From: Phallusia mammillata
Lineage: Eukaryota
Assembly: GCA_965637545.1 (NCBI GenBank)
Contig: OZ281494.1
Location: forward strand, 5,580,001 to 5,644,000
Length of the DNA: 64,000 nt
Direction: 5' to 3'
The notes under the pieces: generated by a model
Seen by the model: the letters and a program-made list of their open reading frames with translations, nothing else
Databases searched by the model: none
Told to the model about the DNA's origin: nothing
Translations under genes and position numbers: made by a program
In this document: positions 50,601 through 60,426 of the stretch, piece by piece
How the letters are laid out: each line of letters starts with the position of its first letter
Numbering within the stretch: the stretch's first letter is position 1

Positions 50601-53600
50601 ATTAGTGTTGTTGAGAGGACCAGTAATCCAGTTGGTGTAAGTGGGAGGTTTGTTAGTGTAGCCATCAATGTACGAGTTTTTGTCACCTGGATGCGTTATG
50701 TTCTTTGTAGTCACGTCTGAAATGTTTTGAAAATAACTGAAAACAGGTTGTAAAGGCCCAAGAAATAATAAAGATACTTCTAAAATGAACAAAGACTTTT
50801 TCTGAAAGTACGAAAAAGTTTTTAGGTTACGTCTAACACACAAACGTTTTTCGTAGTTTTATTAAAGTTTACAAAAGTAATCCACCAGGTTTTTACAATT
50901 GTTAAAATGTTTGACAGGTTTTTGCCTTCAAGTATTGACCAAAAAATACTCACAACTTCCAGTTTTATAAGGAAAACTGACAGCAGGGGTATACTTATGT
51001 ATAAAGTTTATTTCAATCTCACTTGATAACTCTGATTTTTGACATGTTTTTAACACTTATCAATAACCTTCATTAGTTTTGTTGGGCGCCAGAGAACAAA
51101 GTCAGTTAAAACTTATAAACTATATCATCCTCTACTTACTTAACACCAGGAACGGGCTTGAGGTATTTCTTCCCAAGCAGGAAACGATGTCATTCTGTTT
51201 CTGATCGGCAATGGCGGCCGGGCCCAGAACGATTGAAGGGTCTGGTAAAGCGTAACAGCCCTGGGTTGTTCGCGACGATGCCGCGTCAAAGTTTGGAACA
51301 TTCTTTTTGACCATGATGAAAAAATCAGGAAAAACTGGCACGCCTGCGATCAAAAATAAAAGCTTGTGAGTTTAACATTTAATGGGCTGATATATTTTGT
51401 TTTCTGTTTGAAGAAACACCAAGCTTGATGGAATTGTGATACCCACGGTGTTAGGAAGCTTCGGAGTGCAATGTGTAAGCCAGCGATGAAATTTAAACCT
51501 ACAACTGCAGTGAAAATTTTCCAATTAACACTTGACTGCTGTACGGTGATACACAAAAAGTTTATTGGCGATTACCAAATATGTGGGTTCAGTGCTGGAT
51601 TAACCTATAAGCAATATAAGCACGTGCTTAGGGCATCAAGTAAAGTAGGGGCACCACAGAAATGGTTTCTAGGCAAATTATTAAATCTAACAAAAAAACT
51701 ATATTCAAAATGTAATGAAAATGAATAAGTTCTGTTTATAAAGCAAGAAAATTAAATTAAATAACTGACAAAAGGGATTGATTGCGTGCTATATGACGTA
51801 ACAACGCTGCGTTGTTCTGTTTGTTAAAACCTGAAACAGCCAAGACTCATGGGTGCCCAACCCGTCGATCGCGATCGACTGGTCGATCTCGGACTGATAT
51901 CAATTCGATCGCGAAGGATTCAGAAAATTATTTAAAATACTTGTTTTGTAATGCGTTTTTAGGGAATGTTGCCCTACATAGATGACTTTATTGTGAAAGT
52001 TATTCTTTAGGATTTGTTGATATGTTCACACCACAAATACTCAGTCGACGCATTACGTCGCAAAAGTAATAGTTACGTCACAAAAATAATAATTACAGCA
52101 GTAATGGTTACTTTGTGCTGGTACTTTTCTATTATCAAGATTAGCATCGGATGAATTATAAAAAAATTAAGTTCAATGCAGTGTGAAAAGTCACACCCAA
52201 ACTGCGATAAAAAACGTAAAAGAGGGCTCGGAAAATGCTAGTTGTAATACACACATAGTCTTGCATTATCTTGTTAGTTTGTATTGGAATGGTAGATCCC
52301 GGAGTCGATGTTGAGTCAAAAAAGATTGGGCACCCCTGGTCAAGACAGTAAGGCAATGCTTAGTTAATAGCATGCTGTTGAAAAAATATTTGCGTATGTG
52401 GCAAACGTAAATTAAGCACGACGCTAATACTAGTATGTTTTACAATTGGGCAACAGTGCTGAGACTGGGGAAGGCAGCAGCAAAATTAGGCGTTTTAATT
52501 GAGTTTTGGAGTATTTCTGACATTCTGAAACAAATCTGCAAGTTTAATATCAGCTAAGCTTATAGTCTATTACCCGTGCTGTATATTAAGTTAATATCGA
52601 AATCTCGATGAATAATTTTGTTTTTACGTTTATATTTCGAATGAAAAATGGTGTAAGGGGCACCAAATTGTTTTAGTACTTAGGGCCTCTAATGGTGTTA
52701 ATCCGGCCCTGTGTGGGTTGATTGAAAGTAATAATTAATTGTTGACATAAACGTTACAAAATAATAATTAAAACCACTAAAGTAAGCGTTAAAGCACAAT
52801 CAAGGGTAAGACGTAATTTTGTTTATGTCTGGCGGATGACAAACTGTTCTGTATGACTTTGCAAACTAATAAGTTCAGTTACCTGCTTTAAGAAACTCCA
52901 ACTGAACCTCGGCCGTTTGCAGAAGTTGTTGGCAGTACTCAGCTTCTCCTCTGCGATAGTCGTAATTTTGAGGCCCACCAAGAACCAATTGAGTATACTG
53001 AGGACAGGTTTCTTGCCGAAATTGTCTCCACATCCGCAAGATTGTGCCGGTAGCATTAGCTGACAGCTGCGTTTCACCCTCGAGAAAGCAATCCACGAAA
53101 TCGTCGCAAGCGTATCTTGGACATAGTTGCCCTGAATTCAATGCAAAATGAATTAACATTTTAAGTCGGAAACAAGTGTAAAAAACGAATCCAATAAAAT
53201 AAACCGAGTATATTTTTAATCAATCCTGCAGCTACTATTAGAGCTGCACATTATATTTTTGTGTGACATTATAACTTACACAAAGAGAAAAGATCAGAAA
53301 CTCACGGAGCTAACTAATAAGCCTTGTAAAAACGTATAGTCTAAAATAAATCTCCGAGGTTTACGTTTGATTTTTAGAAAACCATTTTCTCAGGCAAAGT
53401 TTTCTCCTGGTTTGATTAACATACATTAATTCATTTAACAAAAATGTCGTTCAACTGGTGTTAATGTTAAACAAAAATACTAGTTGTTTCTATCCATAAC
53501 TTGTATTTTCGCTGACGTTTCGTCCACCAGAACGGTAGTTCTTCAGAGCAATGAATGACGAATGCAAGCAACAAGCGAAAGGCACAAGAACAGCGTTTCG

Positions 53601-54199
53601 CTTGTTGCTTGCATTCGTCATTCATTGCTCTGAAGAAGTCCTACCGTTCTGGTGGACGAAATGTCAGCGAAAATACAAGTTATGGATAGAAACAACTAGT
53701 ATTTTTGTTTAACATTAACACCAGTTGAACGACATTTTTGTTAAATATGCAACCTGGTGGACGAAAACGCCTGTCCAGCATTTTTTATACATTAATTCCG
53801 CAAACAAACATATGTCAAGGGATAAGTTTGGATCAATTTAAAGCCAGTGGTTGAAGAAAAAAGATACAACGTCGGTTACTCAATTGTAGGGAGAACAAAA
53901 GCGGTTTAGAGGCAAAGACAGTTCATATCACCAGTTGGAGGAAAGTATGGCGACACATTTGGATTGAATATTCAGGAAGTACCTGCGCAACGTTAAAACG
54001 TCTTGGGGCACAAAATGGCAAAACGCGCAACAGCTACAACGTTTCGTTTTTAGGCGGGCAGATAATTGAGCAGGATATAGGATTAATTAGTAAAGACAAA
54101 ACCATTACTAGAGTCAAACACCAAACCTTATTCACCTGCGGCAAATTGCGACCAAACCGATTTCACAACCGACAGTAGAATAAAGTTCGCTACCAACAT
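47656..54199 (-). CDS. Adhesion GPCR copy 4 (inverted, most divergent), intact, ~825 aa
   Basis: Exons 54199-54136, 53131-52883, 51343-51140, 50716-50513, 50008-49308, 49176-48945, 48819-48337, 47996-47656; total 2478 nt, open; signal MLVANFILLSVVKSVWSQ; GPS CTCNHLTMFAVLL. Confidence 0.9.
51590..52711. mobile_element. Non-autonomous hAT element in intron 2 of copy 4, containing a nested MITE
   Basis: TIR CAGTGCTGGATTAAC / GTTAATCCGGCCCTG; perfect 8-bp TSD TGTGGGTT (51582-51589, 52712-52719). Confidence 0.88.
51848..52338. mobile_element. hAT MITE nested in the 51590-52711 element
   Basis: Ends CATGGGTGCCCAAC / ATTGGGCACCCCTG; near-TSD GCCAAGAC/GTCAAGAC. Confidence 0.75.
53509..53551 (-). 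ncRNA. Hammerhead motif with broken stem II
   Basis: UUGCU-CUGAAGA-A-C[UACCGUUCUGGU]GGAC-GAAAC-GUC-AGCGA; GUC of the 5' strand of stem II is deleted relative to the other copies. Confidence 0.55.
53625..53670 (+). ncRNA. Minimal type I hammerhead ribozyme motif (stem III variant)
   Basis: UUGCU-CUGAAGA-A-GUCC[..]GGAC-GAAAU-GUC-AGCGA; C-to-U at 53662 turns a C-G pair into U-G. Confidence 0.65.
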
Positions 54200-57071
54200 T
54201 TTAAATCAATTAAACTTATAAAAGCAGTTAAATTCTGCTGAAGTTAATTTAAAAATCTGATAAAAGGAAGCCACAAGGATATCTAATAATTAAATTTAAC
54301 CACATAATTAATTAAGTTATAACACCTGAAATAACTTACTAACTATCCTACCATTTAAAGCCCTTGGTTTTGGGCATTAACTGTTGTAACACCTTAATTA
54401 CCCATCAAACTGCAAGGTAATTTGTAAGTGTATAGTAGAACAAATATTGATAAATGCAAAACAGTTATTTCTGTTTAAAATGACAACAATTAGCTTTACC
54501 AGTTCCAGTACAAGATTTTTAATTCATTGTGTCAAATGCTTTACTGAAAGCACGGTCTTTCATATGGGGTTTCAATGTCGTTTTAAGCTATACAGTTGCC
54601 CATTGACAAGAACACTGCCATATCGTTTGACCAGGGATCTATCTTAACTTCGTCCCTGTCTCGTAGAAACACAACAGCGATCTGACCATACCAAAATGTA
54701 CATAACTGCCTAATATACCGCCCAGTTCAGAATACCTGCAAAGCAACGCAAAACATCCTCGTTTCACCTGTGATGATAACACACTGCATAACAACAATAA
54801 CCAAATACAAGTCCCGTCGTTTTCCACGATTTTTGTTTCTTTGCGAAACTCATTTTGTCTTTTTTCGAACCCAGATGACTCGTAGATAATATTTTGCAAA
54901 CACGTAGATCCCGAATATTTCCACGATTTTGTTTCCAATTATTGTTTTCGGCTTTGCAGAACACAATCCGCAAACTCTGACGACTCGTAGACACTATTTT
55001 GAAATAACGTAAATCCTGATTATTTCCCCGATTTGTGATTCCTCTCTTTTCGGTTTTACAAAATACGCATAGCATTTTGTGTGGACCGAATTCAACCCAG
55101 CATGTTGTTTTGTGGTTTCGAACAGCCAAATTTTTCTTTGTATTGATGCATTCTGCCTTATGTGTTTATTTGAGTGGAAACAGGCCGGAAATTGGAGCCG
55201 AACTCTGCCCGAACCCGAATCGTAGTTAAGAAACCCGTTTAAGCCCGAGAGTTTAATTGATAGGTCCATACATTTAAGCCCACAAAATGATAGACCTCTA
55301 AAGAATAGAATAAAGAAAACACACACAATGTGCAAGTACGTTTGGAGGTTGTTGGGCTTTAGGTTATATCTGAGCTAGGTAATCACTTTATTTAAAAAAT
55401 TATGGACACACAATGTACATGTAAAGTCAGGTCCGAATCAAGCCCGTTTCTTAAAAAACTTGAGTTACAGCTCTGGGCATGCATGAAGGTGACGTTACTG
55501 TACGATGAGTGTGCACAATTAAATTTTGATGTCATTTGAATAAGTTAGTGGTAATTCCCTACAATGAATATCAGTCTGCAAATCAACTTTTGTTTAAATA
55601 CTGTACAAAGGTGGTGCTGCATGCAACGATTTGGCACAAAAATAATTGCGGTGTCTTACAACGAAAACGTAGCTAGAAATCACCGACATTATATTTCGTA
55701 GACGCCGTTGGTTTACGATATACAGACATTAATGCTATCTATTGTGTAAGCAGAACTGGCAACCACTTCTATAATCTTACCGCTGATGTCCCCCGATTAT
55801 ATTTCACGGCAGAACATATCCATACTCATCCATTTATCATCCAGATCCTCATAGGATACTTGATGATATTTTCGTGGTCCTTATTGTTCTATCAATTAAC
55901 TGTAAAAGATTCGATGATTAATAATGCAAATAGAATATGACAGACCGGATGCGTATGACGTATGGTTGCACGAACTTAGTTGTTTGGGTTTTAAGGTTGC
56001 CTCGGACATCGTTGCAAGCCTGAAAATGAAATGAATACCGATCTCTTGTCTGGAGTAGACTAAACAATAATGAAAAGTGATACTAGTTGACGCGGTTTTA
56101 GATGTTGCCCTCTTAAATGAATTGGTGTTGCGTATTTCGTTATATATTCGGTTTGGCCTAAGCGAAACAAATTGTTAAACCAAAAGTGAAGCTTCATACA
56201 ATGCAAATTTAACAAAATAAATTTGACAAACCAAATATCCGTTACATCATTTATTGGAAACAAATTCCATATATGATTGATCTCCAATCTCGTGTGGAAA
56301 CCGTTACTGTACCAGGCATTGTGGTTGGTATTACAATTCCGTACAATTGAATTAAAACAATTACGACTCCGCATCAAACATCACGAACCATAGGAACCCT
56401 TGGTACCAAAATTTTACGGCTCCACCCGTACTAACAGTGTAAATCGATCGGAGCACCAATAACCGCGCAATATTTGCCAAACCCTAATTCAGTAATGCAC
56501 TGTAGTGCCTGCCATGTTAGCAGAGAATTTGATTCGGTTAGATAAAAGCAATTTGAAATGTCTTATCTAATAATCAGGTAAAATTTGTGTCACCTTAAAG
56601 CAGATTGTCTATATTTTAATGTAATGTAAGATATGGTTTCGTGTCACTAGAAACTGAGTGTGAGGTATGGAGACATATGATGCGTATAAACACTTTATGA
56701 ACAAGATATCAACCACGCCTGTAATATCCGTAGATTTTTAAGTGAAGCATGAAAGATTTGAGTAATTAATTTTACCGATTTAACCAGCATTTTCATATGC
56801 GAAGCATGGGGCCTTAAATTTAAGCTTAAACTTGGCTCAAAACAAAAATGTTTTAAAGCTCGAAATATACTCGAGGTTAAATCATCGTTAATAAACTAAG
56901 TGTTATATTTTCACATCATTTTTTTTGTCTGGCGTACCGCTTTTGGCAAAGATCTTTTTCAAATTGCGAAAGTGGAGTTGGAAATATAAGTCCTGATGTT
57001 TATACATTTTCATATTTTAAAGGTAAATTCATCCAGTTTATTTTACTTGCCTAAATTATCATTTTGACATC

Positions 57072-58584
57072 ATGAAGATACTCCTTTGCCTTCTAGCCTT
57101 GTTTGCCTCCTGCAGAGCTCAGTGCGCTTTATCGAACAACTGGAAACCACAATCTATATATGAAAGGGCTGGACAGGTTGATTATGTCGTCGATGTGAAG
57201 GTAAGAATTATAATTTTTTTTTTTTAGTTGGTTTAAGTACATGTGTAACATAAAAAGTACGATTGGATTTTATGACATGAAAATTGAAAATGGCAGGCCT
57301 GCAGTATATAGTGAATGATGTCATGAAGTTTGTTGTGTTACAAACGAAATTTAGCTTCAAAAATGTAAAGTTGTAAACCCTACGGCAAAAAAATTGGTAT
57401 TTGCTGTTTCAAACTTTTTGCGTTCCATGTGTACTTTTGTAGTAGGGAGCAACCATAAAATACAATTAATTGACATCAAAAACGTTTGTGGAACTATTTA
57501 ATTACATAAGCCATACTCAATAAGAACAAATGTATTTCAGGTCGTTGAAATTATGCCACCTCCGTCCGGGTCAACTTTGTTCCCAGTAAGAGTTGATCTA
57601 ATTTGCGGGATAAAGTCAACCGGTTCCCCGCCACCGGCATCATTTGTAGTCGATGGTTTCGGTCCTCGACCTTCTGGTTGCCCGTATCGCGATGTTGTTC
57701 AGGATCAGGATTACATCTTGCTCCTTTCCTCGTAAGTTTCCCAACATTTAAAACTTACGCGTTAATTTTTGTAACTTACTGTCAGCAGCAGTTGGCGCCT
57801 TAGGTGTAAATTTTGTAACTTATCCAATCAACGTATTGCTCCCAACCATTATGTTAAGTACAGTTTTTTTTTCTCACTTAATGTAAGGTATAACTTTTTA
57901 CACAAGTTGTGTAAAAAATTATCTGAACTTAGTTTATTTACGTACTTTGCCCAAGATATATCACACTAGCGTTCATTTGTTTGCAGACCTGACAGTAATA
58001 ATGCGTTCTCGTTGACGGAAGTTAACCAACAAAGTGCAGTTCTCGATGAGTCCGAAGAAGTATTATTCGTAAGCGCAAACGTCGTTCAATCGTTTCAAAC
58101 GGGTTAACTTTGCATCTTACTGGTTTAAGCTTATGCAAATGTTTTTTTACGAGATCTTTTCCTCTACTGTAAAGACACGTTATATTGTCAACTTTATTAT
58201 CAGTTTGTTAGGCTCAACACTGCATTTCTGCTTACTTTTTGGCAATTAGTTTTGCTTTTGCTATGTTTATAAAGTTAAAAACACCAAGAAGACAAAAGCT
58301 GCAAGTTATAAACATTACTGTCGCTCTTGTTGTATTAATCAGTTAAACACCGGTTAAGCATTACATTCTGAGCAGGGATTTGAACCCACTAGCCGATGAA
58401 CAACGTTCACTAATCTACATTTTTTACACAGGCGCTAGGCAACATGACTAAAGATTGTACAAGCACAAGTGATTGTGAACAAAGACCACCAGGATGGCAA
58501 GCGCAAGAGGAACAGGAGAGGGCAAAAGATGCTGACATTGTTGTCAAGGCTTTCGTTAACTCTATTCACTACTACGGGGCAAAT
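57072..58584 (+). CDS. Secreted protein with NtA/TIMP-like (CCDC3 N-terminus-like) domain repeats; 3' end not found
   Basis: Exons 57072-57200, 57541-57731, 57987-58068, 58432-58584 join in frame (185 aa): signal MKILLCLLALFASCRA, then CALSNNWKPQSIYERAGQVDYVVDVK|VVEI...VRVDLIC...GFGPRPSGCPYRDVVQDQDYILLL...EVNQQSAV, and a second repeat start CEQRPPGWQAQEEQERAKDADIVVKAFV. Domain call from remembered similarity to agrin NtA/CCDC3, not from a search. Confidence 0.7.
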
Positions 58585-59471
58585 GTAAGTATTGTTTGTG
58601 TTGTAGTGAAGTAACTAAGTCACATTTGTTTGATAAAATCCACTGTCGAATCGCATGCTCTACACATTTTAGTCATAGGAAATATCTTCTTTTTCATTAT
58701 TATGGGTATCAATTAGGTTTAAGCAATGCTGCTAAAGCAAAGAGTGTTTTTAAGAAAGGCAAGGCGAAACTATAACCCACAGCCTGCTATTGCAAATTCA
58801 TTAGACAGCTATACTAGCTACCTAAATATTGATTTGTTGTCGTTTATACGCTATTTAATATTACGTACGAAGCTGCAAAATTTAAATATTTGTTTACGCT
58901 GTTTAAAGCAGGGCGCTTACACATACGAACTCCGACGCCTTTTGTTTGTTTATGAGCCACGCACTTTAGTTAAAGCTATTTAATGAAAAAACAAAGCCGA
59001 TAGAAGAGAAGTAGTGTCTCCGTGGGGTAAATAAGAGCCTCCATATATTAGTGCACAGTTGATTGTTTTCGACATTGTAGAAAATAATATTTGAAAAAAC
59101 ATGTTTTGACACTCTGCTGCTGTGATGATGACAACAGAGGTTTGGAAAAGTCTTGCACAACAATGAATTTAATATATGCAACCTATCTAGCAGTTTTAAG
59201 TTGATCACCCTTTTTATAGACTTGAAACGCTATTTGAAATGTCCTGTTGGGGCTTATGTATCTAAGGGACTATTTATCGGATTTTTTCCTCAGAACTGCC
59301 CATTAGAGAAACAGACATGATTTGTGTTTTCACTTATTTAGCTATAGGTTTAACCATCGGCACTCTTTTTAGTGATACGATACATGGTTTTGAGTTTGGC
59401 TCCCCTGGCCAATCGTCTAAGTCAGTGGTTCCCAACCTTATGAAGGCCATCCGAAAAGTGTAGCGTCCGTT

Positions 59472-59700
59472 AATATAATTATTTTTCATGGTATCACGCT
59501 GTTCTTGCGCCTTTCGCTTGTTGCTTGCATTCGTCATTCATTGCTCTGAAGAAGTCCTACCGTTCTGGTGGACGAAACGTCAGCGAAAATACAAGTTATG
59601 GATAGAAACAACTAGTATTTTTGTTTAACATTAACACCAGTTGAACGACATTTTTGTTAAATATGCAACCTGGTGGACGAAAACGCCTGTACAGCATTTT
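59472..59700 (+). mobile_element. PLE-type terminal repeat, first of a direct pair
   Basis: Direct repeat of 59980-60170; 3' part matches 53596-53790. Confidence 0.8.
59541..59586 (+). ncRNA. Minimal type I hammerhead ribozyme motif
   Basis: Stem I 59541-45/59582-86, CUGAAGA 59546-52, stem II GUCC/GGAC extended by ACC/GGU, GAAAC 59574-78, GUC 59579-81 (predicted cut after 59581). Confidence 0.8.
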
Positions 59701-59979
59701 CTATTATCAGAAGAGATTATAATGAAGCGAGTCTATCAGCGGTCAAAGGGTATGTCAAGGCAGTCGATATCGGTACCATCAAAAAAGAATATGGCCACAT
59801 CAGATTTGGATAGACTACATTACGAACTTAGGCTCAATCGCTCCTAGGGGGCAGCTCGATGTACCAACGGTTTGAAAAGGAATCCACCCAAGACGCCCGA
59901 CCAATTCATCAAATTTCGGACATTAGTGCCGCTTCATCGTTTTGCAACGGACGCTACTATTTTCGGATGGCCTTTGTTA

Positions 59980-60170
59980 TAATATAATTATTTTTCATGG
60001 TATCACGCTGTTCTTGCGCCTTTCGCTTGTTGCTTGCATCCGTCATTCATTGCTCTGAAGAAGTCCCACCGTTCTGGTGGACGAAACGTCAGCGAAAATA
60101 CAAGTTATGGATAGAAACAACTAGTATTTTTGTTTAACATTAACACCAGTTGAACGACATTTTTGTTAAA
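59980..60170 (+). mobile_element. PLE-type terminal repeat, second of the pair, abutting GPCR copy 5
   Basis: Ends ...GACATTTTTGTTAAA and runs directly into AATTCGTATTGGTC, which matches intron 2 of copy 3 at ~39333. Confidence 0.8.
60050..60095 (+). ncRNA. Minimal type I hammerhead ribozyme motif
   Basis: Same as 59541-59586 except for the bulged base in stem II; GUC at 60088-60090. Confidence 0.8.
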
Positions 60171-60426
60171 AATTCGTATTGGTCAAAACTGATTGTTGCT
60201 CATCATTTCCCAAAATCGTTTTTATTGACTGTTTATTCACTTGCATACAGCAGATATTAGTATTTGTGTTGCTTAAAAACTTACTGATATGCGTTTAACA
60301 CCGGAGCTATGTGACACAATAGGTGTCAGAATTCCGGCAAGCTTGGTGTTTCATTAAGTAATAAACGAAAACGACGAGTTTATCAAGTGTTATGTTATAA
60401 TCACATACGTTTATTTGTGTTTAAAG

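Larger units (their letters stand above)
53434..53790. mobile_element. Inverted pair of PLE-type terminal repeats in intron 1 of copy 4
   Basis: 53434-53595 (minus) and 53596-53745+ (plus) are reverse complements over ~150 bp and match 59495-59700; each arm carries a hammerhead core. Confidence 0.8.

Noticed and set aside
58360-58410. tRNA/SINE-like B-box (GGTTCAAATCC on the minus strand)
   Set aside because: No A-box, cloverleaf or TSD could be identified; too short to call.
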